Of a stretch of DNA of 64,000 nucleotides, positions 24,697 to 37,764 are shown piece after piece. Under the pieces are notes generated by a model, which was not told the DNA's origin, did not search any database, and worked only from the letters and a program-made list of their open reading frames with translations. The stretch spans positions 930,001-994,000 of the forward strand of contig JADEYG010000002.1 in the NCBI GenBank assembly GCA_016906335.1, in the 5' to 3' direction. The translations under genes were made by a program, and so were the position numbers. Position 1 is the stretch's first letter. The number at the start of each line of letters is the position of its first letter. The stretch comes from Novakomyces olei (lineage: Eukaryota).

Positions 24697-27600
24697 TTGT
24701 TTTGTTTTTATTAACAAACAGACGCTAGTGTTCAGGCAGTGCAGACCCCGCCCAACTTTACTATTCCCATTGCTGGAACAAACTTGGTGCTTCATGCTGC
24801 AGCTGAGGCGGCCGTTTTTGCCTTGCAATTAATGGACTGCTTACTTCATGGCGCAAAAGGCACATTTATTGCAATTGTTATGGGTCTAGCACGCCGCCTA
24901 CAGCAAATACAAATCGCAGTTCTGCACTTGTGGGCCCGCGCTTGCCTTGACGACAGTAGCTGTGTGCCCTTGCTCGCAGCTCATTGTGATACAGTGAGTG
25001 CGGCAGTGTCTACTGAGAACAGTGTGGCATTGAACGAACTCGGGTTCGACTTACTGCTATTTTTCCAGCATACTTCTCCCTTACTGCCTCCTGCTTCCCG
25101 TGTCTCTATTAAAATATGTGCTCGAAAACTGGCGAAAAGTCTTTTACATTATCACAAGGATAAAACATCCGCACAAAAATTATGCCTTGACGTGTTTGCC
25201 GGCAATAATGCAGACACCGACATTGAGGAAAGGATCAGTGACGACGGTGATGTGCTTACACACCCTTCGTTAATGTCAGACTCTGCCGCTAATGAGTCCG
25301 ATACACAAGCTTTGGCTGGCAATGTTCGCACATTATTGCTCGACACATCAATCAGTAGCCTTTCAAACGAGTCGATTGTGGAAGCAACAGATTTTCTAGA
25401 ACGCGGGTCGACAAGTACCGCGCTTTCGCCAACTGTTGTGGACATTCTTGTATCTGTTATGCCACGGTTCTCCGCAAACGACAAACTTTCACCTCTATCG
25501 TTGGCCATTTTGCGAAGCGTGTATAACCTTTCCTTACGAAACAGCCTCCCCCAATCCTTTTTGTCAGATTACTCGGCGCCTATGGTATTCTGGTGCTTCC
25601 ATTATTTAACGGATACGAATCGTAGTGTGCGCCTGGAAATGGTCCCTATTCTCACCGCAATTTTTGATACAGTCAAAGGGCAGAGGCCCCGTATACTGGA
25701 GGGCTTGCGACGGCTGCAAGACAGTGCTCCCTTCACTAGCGGTCTGCACGAATCAGTTATTCTGTCTTGGACAGCAGTTGCACGGAATTGTGAATGGAGA
25801 GAGTTGGGGGTAATACTCTCTCAAACCGTGTTGTACTTGGCCTCGGGTCAACCTTACTGCTACTCACTGGCTTTTTCAGAGCTGCAAAATCTCGCAGCCC
25901 AGCGCCAAGCGACGCCCTGGCAGCTTTTTGCACCTTTTTGGCGTGATCTGAGCGTCCTTGTAGTGCAAAGAGCTCAGAAAGCACCTCAACTATTACGGAT
26001 CTTGTCGCAGCTACTCGCAGTGTCAGAAACGGACTTTTTACAGCGTACTCAGCGCTATACTATTGGCTACCTCATCCTGTCCAAGCGCAAAGTTGTGCTT
26101 GACCAACTGGCTCAAATTCAAGGTGTATCCGTTTACGAACTCATATTGAGCAACGTTTCCTCTGCCATGGCTTTCCTCCTCACGAATCCTGCAGTTGCCA
26201 AGTTTACTGATATTAAACCGTTTTTAGTGCATGCGGATGCGACTTTTGAGCACGTTGAGCTTGATCAGATAGTTCGTAGTGCTCCAATAGCTTTGATTGT
26301 AGAAATTTTGCAGTGCAGTCACGCTCTGCAAAACCGGATGGACCGTACCGTAAAGGCGTTTGAGTACGTGGCGCTGGTTAATACAAGGAGTGTGACCACA
26401 AACAGGTTCGTGCAGGAGACTACGCTTGGAACAGCTAGGGCCAAGCAAGCGTGTGTGCAGTACTTGCACGAGACAATCCTCGGTATCTTTGTCGAGCTCG
26501 ACAAGTTGCTAAATGAACGGGTTGCACGAAAGGCGACAAACGAAAAGATTCTCGTTCTCAATGGCTTGGGTCTCCTATTGAGCATTGGTGGAGCCAGTGT
26601 AGCGCCCGCTCTGCCACAGATGATCTCTTGTCTACAGACGCTCTTATTCGATTCTGCTCTGTGCACAGAGACTATTCGTGTGTGGTTAGTGTTGTGCAGA
26701 GTATTTGCCAATCACGCTTTAGCCTCTCAGCTGCGTACATGTTCCTTTTCAGTTTACATGTCGCTCTGGCCCTCACTTGATCAGGAGCAGTGTGACACTA
26801 GTACCCAAGTTTTCGCTGCACTTTTAGATGAAAAGGATAAGCGCTTGCTCAGCGAAGATCTTTGCTCTGCCCCGCAAGATCTTTTCCGGCTGCCTCAAGT
26901 GCAGCCACTGTTTGATTCAGAGGGGATTAAGGACTTGCGCAAGGATTATGATCTGCTTTCGCCTTCGGAACGGCTGGGGATTATCTCCAAACGCTGCACT
27001 CACGAAAACGGCTACGTCGTTCACTGGGGTCTTACGGACTTGCGCATTTATTTGCAGGCAAACACGGATCAAGTTATGGACTGGTGCCTGCGTGAAAAGC
27101 CCGAGAGTCAGATTGGGCATGCTCTGCGGATCCTGCTCAACCTGATTCACCAGTCTCAGGCACAAGGTATTCGCCAGGAGACAATGGATATTGTGTACGA
27201 CTGCCTAGGGATCTTGGGGGCAATTGATCCAAATCGAGAATCGGCACAGGTCTTTCATCAAAAGCCAACAATAATCAATGATTTTCTAAACGTGGAAGAG
27301 AACGTACGCTTTATCGGCTTCTTTATCAACCACTATATCGTCCCTGCGTTTTTGTCTACGACAAACACAAAAGCACAAGGTTTATTGGGGTACACCATGC
27401 AAGAGCTCTGCAAATACTGTGGCTGGACAATCGAGTACCAAGTAGATTTCTCCAAGATCCCCGACGGCCCGTCTCGCCGGGAATGGCTGCAAATGTCGGA
27501 TCAGGCGAGGGAGACAATTGTGCCTTTTCTCTCCTCCCGTTTTCAACTCGATCGTCCACCCTCTGCCCCAGAGCATTCGTACCCTCTCGTTACGCAGAGC

Positions 27601-30600
27601 AATGTAAACTACTACCGCTGGCTACAGTGTTTCCTGGGCGACTTGCTACGCTCCGCCAGGCACGCTAGCGCAACCCGACTCTTTTCCATTTTCTTGTTTC
27701 TTGTTCGCGGGACAGAGCTGTCCATCCTCGAGTTTCTGTTCCCCTTTGTCGTCTGCCATCACATTATAAACAGTAGCGAGGAGACTGCGTTTATTACGCC
27801 CGAGTTTTTGGCTATAATCAAGACTACAGAGTTTGGTGTAGAGCGGTCCAGCGGTGGGGGCCGTATAGAGGACAAATACCTGAATGCACTGGAGCTTTTA
27901 TTCAAGACTATTGATACACTGAACGAGTGTCTCCGCACCCGACGAAAAGTGCGTATTACTGCACAAAAAAGGCTGAGCGTGGCGGCTGCTAATGGCGACG
28001 ATGGAGGGTTAAACGCCAGCACTGATGTCGATGTTGTAATACGTAAAATTGACCAAATGTTGAAGAAATTACCGCCCGACCTGCTCGGGAGGGCAGCCAT
28101 TCATTCCGGGTACAGTGCGCTGGCCCTTTTTTACTGGGAAAAACATATTCGCCAAGTCAGGGCCAAGCAAAATGCCGATTTGGAGCCCCTTTACGTAGAG
28201 CTTCAGCATATTTATTCCCAGATTGACGATCCCGATGGAATGAAAGGCATTGCGACAAAGTTTCACGTTCTCAGTATCGACCAAGAAATCTTGATGCATA
28301 AAAGTGCAGAGCGGTGGGAAGCGGCTCAGAGTTGTTATGAGATCTGTCTCGAGACAGATGGGGCGAATGACAAACTGAACCGCGGTTTGCTTCGCACCCT
28401 GAACCAGTCTGGTCACTACCAAACGGCCATAATGATGACGGACGCTCTCCTAAATCGGGATCCACAGTCAGAAAAGATGGAGGAGGTTGCTGATCTCGGC
28501 CTGGAGGCGGCTTGGACGACTCTGAACCGCAGCCGTATGCAAAGCTACCTGCACCAGGCGGCCCTCAATGACTCCTTTAATGCTGCAATATCGAAATTTG
28601 TCTTGTCCGTGCAGGGCGACGGCAATAAGCAGAAGCTTCCTCAGCTCTTTAGGGACCTTAAACGTCTTGCTGGTGATCAGTGCCGGCAGTCCGGCACTGA
28701 CTCGAGCCGAATGTGCTATGAGCATTTGGCCAAACTCCACGCTATCCACGAAATGGAGCTAACTGCCTCTTCTTGTGGACAAGTATCCTCACTGTACTTT
28801 ACGCAGAGGCTTGATTTGACCTCTGCTCTGGGCCAGAGTCGGCAGTTTATACTGGCACTGCGCCGGGTAGGGGTTGAGCTCTTTTGTGCTGCTGATACCC
28901 CTATCCTGGCCGACATTTGGCTACAAAGCGCTAGTCTTGCCCGGAAATCAGGGCAGACACAGCGCTCCTACCACGCAATTCTGAATGCCCTCAAGCTCGG
29001 GTCGCCGATGGCCATGATTGCACATGCCCGATGGTGGTGGGAGCAAGGTGACCGGCAGAAAGCAATTTCTGATCTGCATGGAGCCATTTCTGGTGGCCTT
29101 TTTGACAAGCAGGACAGGCCAGACGGGTCTGAAACGAGTATAGTAAACGCTACTAGCAACAGCAATAATAGCAACAGCAATTATAACAACAGCAATTACA
29201 ACAGCAATTACAACAGTACAAGCAAAAGCAAAGACTCGGCCGTCACTTTTTTCGGCCGGGCAAAATTGCTGCTTGCCCTATGGCTGCAGGAGACGGGACA
29301 GCTCGGCCCGGGAGACTTGCAAGCACGGTTCCAGGATATCGTATCGACTCACCCGCAATGGGAGAAGAGCCATTACCATCTGGGCCGGTACTATAGCCGG
29401 CAGTACGAAAAAGAGTCGGAACTGCCCTCCGGACGGCAGAGTGACGCCTTTCTTACAGGGCATTTAGTACTGCAGATTGTACAGTGCTACCTGCGGTCCC
29501 TCAGCTACGGGTGTAAGCACGTTTACGAGACAGTGCCCAAGATTCTGACACTATGGCTCGATTTCGGGGCCGTTGTTGCTCAATCTTCGAGTGGCAAAAG
29601 TAATAAAAGTAGTAAAGATGGCAAAAGCACTACACCTCTTGATCCCTCTTTTACCGCTTTTACTGCACAACTACAAAAAGATCGGGAGGAGACTCTGCGG
29701 CAGTTGAACGATAAAGTCACTCGGCGAGTAGTGCGGCTGCCAGCGTACATTTTCCACACTGCTCTCTCTCAAATCCTTTCGCGAATAGCTCATCCTCAGC
29801 GGGCGGTAGCGGACGTGTTGCAGAACCTAATCTGCCATATCGTCCAGGCGTACCCGTCCCACGCTCTGTGGCCGCTGATGGCCGTCACTAAATCAACGAC
29901 TCGAGACCGTCAGCAGCGAGGCAGTCTTGTCCTTGTTAGGATTCGTACTGCCAACAATGTCAGCTCTAATGCTTTTGCTCAGAGACGGCTGACGGCCAAT
30001 GACGCAGAGGTCCATTTGCCAGTGACTGCTATTCTGGCTCAGGCAGAGAGGCTGACTGCCTCTCTACTAGAGCTGTGCAATCTGCCTTTGGCTGATTCAG
30101 AGCCTACATTTGCCCTCTCTTCAACTGCCCTCAAACCTTTACTGAACGGTCCTTTTGCCCTCGCTGTGCCTACACAGGCAAACCTTACCGTTGCCCTGCC
30201 GGGCAAGCAGGCGGACATGCGCAGGCACGAGCCCTTCTCCTCCTCAACTCCCACCATTGCCGGGTTTGAGGATAGGGTTAGGGTTATGAGTTCCCTGCAG
30301 AAACCGAGGCAGGTCAAGCTGAGGGGCACTAATGGAGCTGCCTATTATTTCCTGTGCAAGCCAAAGGACGATCTGCGCAAGGACCAAAGGCTGATGGAGT
30401 TTAATACAGTCGTGGGCAAAATGCTGCGTAAAGACCGGGAGTCGGTACGGAGGCAGTTGAAGATTCGAACGTTTGCCGTTGTGCCGCTCAACGAGGAGTG
30501 CGGGTTCATTGAATGGGTCGAGCATACTCGGCCAGTTCGCGATATTGTGCTAAGGCTTTATAGGCAGCGTGGTATTACCGTCAGCTATACGCACGTACGT

Positions 30601-31317
30601 AAGCTCCTTACTGAAGCCCTTGAGCAGCCTGATCCTGGTGCCTTTTTCACAGACAAAATTCTGCCCTTGTTCCCACCCGTCTTCCACGAATGGTTCGCCG
30701 ATATTTTCCCAGAGCCAGTGGCCTGGTTGGCCGGGCGGCTAAACTATGCCCATACTCTGGCCGTCATGTCTATGGTCGGCTACGTCCTCGGCCTCGGCGA
30801 TAGGCATGGAGAAAATATTCTCTTTGATGAGGAGACGGGTGACGCTGTTCATGTAGATTTCAACTGTCTCTTTGAAAAGGGACTGCTGTTTGAAAAACCG
30901 GAAGTTGTGCCTTTTCGTCTCACACACAATATGGTAGACGCTCTTGGACCAGCGGGGTACGAGGGAGCTTTTAGAAAATCGTGTGAAATTACAATGCGGC
31001 TCATGCGGGCCAACCAGGTCTCACTGAAATCTGTACTCGAATCTTTTATTCACGACCCGCTCGTTGAATGGAACCGACGCAAGACGGGCCGAGGACACCT
31101 TCATCAACCATCGGCTCTGCCCGTTTCTGCTGCTGATTATGGAGCGGCTGAAGCTAAACGAGTAATGGACAGAATCCACGAGAAGTTGAACGGGTACGCT
31201 GGCGATACAGAGCATGCCTCCTTGTCTGTATACGGCCAAGTTCAGGAACTCGTCCGGCAGGCGGTCGACCCTGCTCGGCTTGTGCAGATGTACATTGGAT
31301 GGTCTGCTTTTCTGTGA
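24052..31317 (+). CDS. rad3: ATR/Rad3/Mec1 checkpoint PIKK kinase, 2 exons
   Basis: CLGILGAIDP, FAT domain, SSLQKP, KPKDDLRKDQRLMEF, GLGDRHGENIL, HVDFNCLF, FATC MYIGWSAFL. Intron 24581-24721; first in-frame ATG at 24073. Confidence 0.96.
24586..24697. repeat. (TTTA)n microsatellite in the ATR intron
   Basis: About 110 bp of near-perfect tetranucleotide repeat. Confidence 0.95.
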
Positions 31318-31330
31318 GTGCAATCGGCAG

Positions 31331-31386
31331 ACAGAGTAGGCTCTATGCCACAGAGTAGACTCTATGCCACAGAGTAGGCTGTATAG
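31331..31386. repeat. 19-bp minisatellite ACAGAGTAGRCTCTATGCC x3
   Basis: Directly visible just 3' of the ATR stop codon. Confidence 0.85.
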
Positions 31387-31616
31387 AGCGACATTGAGCT
31401 TTCATTGTACAAATTGGTTTATTTAAATTTTTGTTTGTTTATTCCATGTACAACTTTTACTCTAGTTTTAATTTTAATCAGTCAGTTTTTGTTTACTATT
31501 CAACATGTATCAACAATAATAGTTATCATTTGTATTTTGCGACATCGCTAGGGATCTTGTATTCAACCCTCTAATTGTATATTGTTTGAGAGTTTTAGTT
31601 TTCTTGTTCCTTCCGC

Positions 31617-33651
31617 TCATTTGTCGGAGTCCCATTCGCCCGACTTGTGACGGGCGCGGTAGACGAAATAATCGTCTATAAGTGTACACTGGCAATTTGT
31701 CAGACATGAAAACTTGGGCAACGTACCGTTTCGAGGGGGGATGTGACCCATGCCGTACAGGATGCAGTACGCTGCAAGTCAGAAAGAGATTGAAAAACAA
31801 TAGATTTAATAAATAATTAAACAATTAAATTAAAACAATTAAACGATTCGTGATACCGCCCGATAGTCGTTTCCGTAGCTGCTCAGCTGGTCACCAATAT
31901 GCAAACTGGCAGAAGGGCCACATAGTCCAAAATAGCGGTGCAAGCAGCGTACACCGAAATGCTTGCTACCAACATCGCACCAAACCTTCAAAAAAAATAC
32001 ATCAGCGCACATCAAAACTATGTTAAAACGATATTCATACATCGGCACCACCATTAAACGCGCAGAAAGGAACGCGTTGATTTATTCCAGAGGTTAAAAG
32101 AGCTGAATGCAACGAAAGAACAGTTTCCTCCAGCTGATCTCGGGAAAGCATAGTGGAGGAAGTCCCAACCATTCCAACTGCTCTCTCTTTCCGGACAACA
32201 GTAGCTGGCAGGCCCATAGATTTAATACACTGCTGAATTACGCGTTCACTCTCGTCAAGCAGCTCACCAATATCGGCTTGCTTCCATTCTTTCATTTCTG
32301 GGGGAATCCACTTGTCGGACTCCACCCTGAGCAATCCGTTTTGCTCATCGAAAACGAAAAAATAGTTGCATTCTCCTCCCACAACAGCCAGTCTCTGTTT
32401 TTTGTCAGTGGAGAGCTCACAATCTGGCGACTTGAGTCTGTCTAGCAGTCCGCGAAATCTGCATTGTTAGGATAAATGTACGACACGAGAGGGCATGGGT
32501 ACTAGACCGTAATTTAAGGGATCGAGTAGTAATGGCAAAAAGAAGGATAAAGGCAAAAATAGAAAAATAGAAAAGTTTAAATTGTTATCAGCGACTTTTA
32601 ATATGAGCTCAAGACAATTCAAAGTTGATGCTAAAGCCAGGGTCAACATGAAAGAATACTTGGCTCTGACTGAAATAGCAAAAGCAATGCAAAGGCATGA
32701 AAATGAATATGAGAGCAAAAAAAAAGTATTGACTTTATGCGCCTACCGTGTAGAATAATCACCGCCTTTAGGGTCAGAGTACCCAGCAGCAGTAAGGATA
32801 GCCACGTGCACATCCTGAGCGAGAAGAGCAATTATTCTGTCAATGACAGCATTGTCGTGTTCCATATTTGCTCCGTCTTCATACTCTGGATTAGCAAGTA
32901 GGCTTGTCAATTCTTACCAAAGTGACATCTCCATCAAACGTGACGAGCTCTAAACTCGTTCTGGCCAGTGCTAGTCTGCATGCTTATTAGAAATGTCTTG
33001 AAAAAACGCAAACATGAATAAAGCAAAAGCAAAAGGCACAGCGGCCAGGCTTACAGCTGTGCCGTATTCAGTATGTGCCGAATATCATTAAAAGACGGCG
33101 CCACGTATCTGCGTACAGAAATAGCACGGCGGGCATCTGCCAAAAGAAAAGCCTCTGCTAACGGCAATGGCGTCCAAAACGAGCCAACAGAAGACACGCG
33201 CTGTTTCAACCGCGACGTGATAGACTGATTAGTATTCTCTAAGCGGCCTTAAAGGATTAGAGCAAAAATATAGCAAAATCAACGGCTCCTGTTAAATTTT
33301 ATTGCAATAATCATTGGCATGGAAGTCTCTTATTTCTTGTGCACAAGATTCTTACGGTGTTCTTTAATCAACAACTCAATTCCTCGAAACACACTGAGGT
33401 ATGAATCTTGTGTCTCCTTTTGCGAGACTGCGTTGTCGCTCAGTCCATCAATCCCATTGAATGGGCCTGAATGCGGCTGAAGGGTAAATGGGCCAAGTAA
33501 AAGGCTCTTTGTATGTAAGCATAATTCACGTAAATTGAACAATCGGCAAACACGAATTTTGTATGCATTTTTAGATCAAACATCGGTGTCCCACTTTTAT
33601 CCATTCAATGAGCTCATCGCGGCGATAGGCATTGACGGGCGATAAGACCAT
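31617..33651 (-). CDS. ISN1: IMP-specific 5'-nucleotidase, multi-exon
   Basis: Spliced translation gives RRDELIEWIK, APSFNDIRHILNTAQ, LVTFDGDVTL|YEDG, LTAAGY, MGGECNY, FCAFNGGADVWCDVG, LHIGDQ, GNDY. Confidence 0.92.
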
Positions 33652-33926
33652 GACTGCAAAGGTGGCGGTATGGCGGTACAACTACGCTGAACGTGATTTA
33701 TAATGCTCTTGTTTCCGGATACTGTGTAGATGATAAAGTCGTAAAGTAAGAGCCGATCTTTTTGGCAATCGAATCCCCGGGTCAGCGATCTTAGTATTTG
33801 AATTGCCAGCAAAATGAGAGGCTATGGAGCGCCTTAAAATAGTCTGTCAAAAGAGACAGACTGCATTAGCGCCATCAGCACGCTTGGTGCATGAATATGA
33901 CTTTGTCCTTCCCCACAGTTCCCTTG

Positions 33927-33962
33927 GGCTGTATTAAGCAATGGCTGTATTAAGCAATGGCT
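33927..33962. repeat. 16-bp perfect tandem duplication GGCTGTATTAAGCAAT
   Basis: 2.25 perfect units, next to a TTAGGG-like motif at 33978-33992. Confidence 0.8.
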
Positions 33963-34480
33963 CAGAGTCAAGACAAAAAGGGATTAGGGTTAAATGTTTA
34001 ATACGGTTTTGAACTTGTGAGACAGCACTAACCGGCATTGAAGATAACGGTATTGCGCAAAGTATAGGAATTGAAATAGGACAAAAGCAACGTGAAATTA
34101 TCAAGTGGTACTCTACCTACTGATACCTACAAAAGATTGCTATTCGAAAACTGGACATATCGTAATTGGCATATACGTCTTCGGTCATTGACTGACTCAC
34201 ATCGTATATAAATCTGATAGTCTTGGACAAGAATCCTGGGAGATTGTGTAAACTTTAAAAGCTCTATATTCCTAGTCTCATGGCGGGGCTGTAGAGATGT
34301 ATCTTTATTCCCGAATGTACTAGTTCGTTTTCTCCTTATAATTATTACTGCTCAACTAGACACTTTACGAATACAGCCATACTAGTCCTTAGCCTTGTTG
34401 TCTTTATTGATATATGTAGCGTGCGCGCTTATATTTTTCTAGTCATGTATGAAGAAGTCGTCTTTTACACTATTTATTCG

Positions 34481-36085
34481 TCAAGCATGATTAACGATTC
34501 TTTGGTACGTATCCTGAACATAACCAAAAGCCTGACCATCCTGAAACTTTGTAGCTGCTGACTCAAAGAGACGAAGTGTCCGCTGATTTGGTAAAACAGT
34601 TCGTTGCCGTACACATTGCCGATGGTACATTCGCAGCATTGCCTCAAAACCTTCGTTCAAAAGTGTACGCTTTAATATGATATTAAACGCATCAACGTCC
34701 ACGGGTGCAAAACCCTTGTCCTTGTTGATCCGCGTTAATTGCTCTAGCGCTTTTAAAAACATTTGCTCGTCGTTAATATAAACACTGTGTTCCAGTACCA
34801 AGCCCCATGCAAGTTTATCTGACCCGGGGACGGATAGATGATTAAAAAGTGAAGGCGGAACATTGTACGGCAGTGCTTCGTACTCCTGGCTCTGTAGTAT
34901 ACAGCGCAGAGCCAGTTCAACATCGAGTGGAGAAGGCTCAAAAGCAATTCTAAGTTTGGCAAAGACTACGAGCGCGGAAGCGTAGTACGCGCTGCTCGAT
35001 ACGCGAGGCTCCCTTTCAAGAGCACGGCATAATGAACAGTAAAAAGTTAGTAGTTCGGTGTAAGCAGCCTGACTCGGATTATCGTCCAAACGAATGGCTT
35101 TAGCAATATCCCTGGCGCTCTCTACACTGTGCTGCTCAATATGTAAAGCTGCCCGCAAAAGCCCGTCCCCATACTGATCTTGATCCCCTACATTAAACCC
35201 CCTAAGTACTTGCACACTCTCCTCCACAATCCCCGCATCCGCTGCCCTTTGTACGGTGAGCGCAACAAGTGGCACTGGCGTATTTACCTGCACAAATTGA
35301 GAGTATAGCAAAAGCCGAAGAGCCAACCGTGGCTGCTCGTACACCAAACAAGCTCTAATAAATTCAAATATTACAAAAGAAGGTGTGCTCAGCTTTAAAG
35401 CACCACACAGCAAAACCGCCCGACTGCAAGCCTGCACCTTTTTCGCCATCGTGTTCCATGAATAAGTTTTGTCATCGATTGCCTGCACGATTGACTGTAC
35501 CATTTCATCCAACTGCGATACTTGTCCCGACTTTCCCTGTAATCCCAATGCCATTGCGCGAGCAGCTATTATTGCCTCAGATTGCACATGTGGCACTGCA
35601 TCTTCCACCCCTGATGCTGGCAAGGCGCGTGACCTGCGTCGACGGACGCGGTGCTCAAAGTCTGAGGAATCCAAGTTCCGACCTTTGCCAATGTACGTAG
35701 GCGACGAAGGTTTACGGAGGCGGCGTGATCCTAGCTGCTCTAGTGCGCTTGGCAGCTCGTCTCTGAATAAATTTTCATAGCCCGTTTCGTCATAAGCCTC
35801 TGGTAATTCGCTCATTATATTTCTGACTTTTGTTGGAGGGGATCTGTTCAACGAGGTATCGTTTCTCGGTGAGAACTCAGAATTAGAGGGCGCTCTTTTG
35901 GCTGAGCTGCTTGAGAATCTAGAACTTTTTCGTACATAACTTGCCTCCGTATCAGGCCTTTTTCGCGCATCTGTTTCGGGCTTGGTTTTAGGCGCAATAG
36001 CAGCACCATTTGCACGTGTAGCGATCGCTCTAATATTCGGCCTGATTCGGCCAAGCAGCTGCCCACCGCAATACCGGCAAAGCAT
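34481..36085 (-). CDS. Hypothetical 534-aa protein, probably mitochondrial, with degenerate PPR-like helical repeats
   Basis: Long ATG-initiated ORF; Arg-rich, acid-free N-terminus; PSQAAYTELL, DVDAFNIILK and PNQRTLRLF segments resemble PPR motifs. Confidence 0.6.
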   Translation of the reverse strand: MLCRYCGGQLLGRIRPNIRAIATRANGAAIAPKTKPETDARKRPDTEASYVRKSSRFSSSSAKRAPSNSEFSPRNDTSLNRSPPTKVRNIMSELPEAYDETGYENLFRDELPSALEQLGSRRLRKPSSPTYIGKGRNLDSSDFEHRVRRRRSRALPASGVEDAVPHVQSEAIIAARAMALGLQGKSGQVSQLDEMVQSIVQAIDDKTYSWNTMAKKVQACSRAVLLCGALKLSTPSFVIFEFIRACLVYEQPRLALRLLLYSQFVQVNTPVPLVALTVQRAADAGIVEESVQVLRGFNVGDQDQYGDGLLRAALHIEQHSVESARDIAKAIRLDDNPSQAAYTELLTFYCSLCRALEREPRVSSSAYYASALVVFAKLRIAFEPSPLDVELALRCILQSQEYEALPYNVPPSLFNHLSVPGSDKLAWGLVLEHSVYINDEQMFLKALEQLTRINKDKGFAPVDVDAFNIILKRTLLNEGFEAMLRMYHRQCVRQRTVLPNQRTLRLFESAATKFQDGQAFGYVQDTYQRIVNHA

Positions 36086-37240
36086 TGCAAACTCAAAATA
36101 AAAAAATAATTAGCTTCACTGCTGCGCACATATTATCCTCTTTCCCCTTGTCGTCGCCTCGGCCGCTGCTTGCAACTTCAAAAAAAAAAAAAATAATAAT
36201 AAATAATAAATTAAAGTCCAATAATGCTTTTGCTCTAATTCCACTTTTTCTGCTATAAGCGTAATAATAGGCAAAATGGGTCCTTGTTTTTTGCCTTATA
36301 AAATGACTGCTGGTCATAGGGACAAAGATTAATATGACGAGAATGGTTTGAACGTATATCAGAATTGCGCAGATGAAATTATAGATAAATTAATTTAGAT
36401 ATGGCAACCAATTAATTTGTCGATATGCCTTTTATCTAATTCACATATACAACTGAGCCAAAAATGTACACGATACAGTAGTATAAAGCTGCATCCATTC
36501 ATACATTGTTGGCTTTAGATAAACATAAAAGTTGTGTCCACTGGGCGTCATGTACGCATGATAGTGCAATGTTATTTCATATTTCTAGACAGCTCAGGAT
36601 GCCTTTGTGACATGGATAAGCGACGCCATAGACAAATGCGCTTCTTTCAAGCGCTTAGTTCACGTCGTGTGACACTCCGTGTAGCGATTGTTAACACAAA
36701 AGGTATATGAGTGCAGGTATGCTGTCTCATTAATGAGCGGCAGTCTTTGATTGCATATCTATACTGAAAATCAAATACATAGAATCTGATCTTCGCAGCA
36801 GGCAGACGTGTCCAGTGTCAAGGAGTCCATTTTTTAGTTTGATCCTTAAATCCTAAACAGACCTTGTCGACATTTATGATGGGTAATGTTTGTGAAGTAT
36901 GATAATCGGTCTCTCATTCTATGTACGGCGCTGGCTCTGCTGATCCACAGGAGATTGTACAAATGTATTATATATAAGTAATGCATTCGCGTGCTCACTG
37001 TTGCCAATATTCCTCACACTAATCTGCATCGGATAAACTGCCTAATTCGCATGTTTAATATCGGCGCTTAAACGCCAGACACTCTAGTTGCTGCTCTAGT
37101 TGCTTGGAACACAGTGCGGTAAAAGTCCGCAATATTCCGCTAAGGTGGCCGTATACGAGTGTGCGACCTTTGCAGACTGCTACTGCCATAAAGATGACGC
37201 TGCCATGTCTTTTCATTACTGTTATCAATTCCATTATTAT

Positions 37241-37316
37241 AATCAATGCCCATTAACGTAATCGAGGCCCATTAACATAATCAATGCCCGATAACATAAT
37301 CAATGTACCATAAAGC
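37241..37316. repeat. 19-bp minisatellite AATCAATGCCCATTAACAT x4
   Basis: Four degenerate units upstream of the MFS gene. Confidence 0.8.
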
Positions 37317-37764
37317 AAGCAAACCAGCAAGTACACTTTTGCTGGATACTTGCAAAAGTTAGACACACGCAGGCACGTCGTCTCTTTTTCCCAAAACCGC
37401 CCACATTTCGGCGGTTTGATTACTTGAAATGATGGTACTGCTGTACTCTGAAACGCAAAAATCATGGGTCTACCGCCCTGTCGGTAATATTCCCATACAA
37501 AGCGAAATCCATAGCTGAGCGCAACCCACCTGGGCGCGATAAAAAAAACGAGAAATTCGAGTTAGTGAGACCCCTAATCTTGTGGGGAATATAAAAGTGT
37601 CGGAACAAGTGCCTCCGACTAGAAGCAGGCCGACTCGAGGGCGCACGGACGGAGGAAATGTGCCAGAAACCTGTGCTTTTAGTGTGTCATATGTGTGTGC
37701 AAGTGAAAGGCTGTCTATAGCCAAGTTTCTTTAACTCAGGTCTTTGAATAAGGTCTTTACAGCA

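Noticed and set aside
30272-30287. TAGGGTTAGGGTTA inside ATR (also ACCCTAACCCT in PDB1 near 21437)
   Set aside because: Lies in conserved coding sequence (DRVRVM; DPNPV) and is explained by codons.
36093-36317. 74-aa ORF upstream of the PPR-like gene
   Set aside because: Runs through poly(T) and low-complexity sequence with no recognisable homology; probably 5' UTR or promoter.
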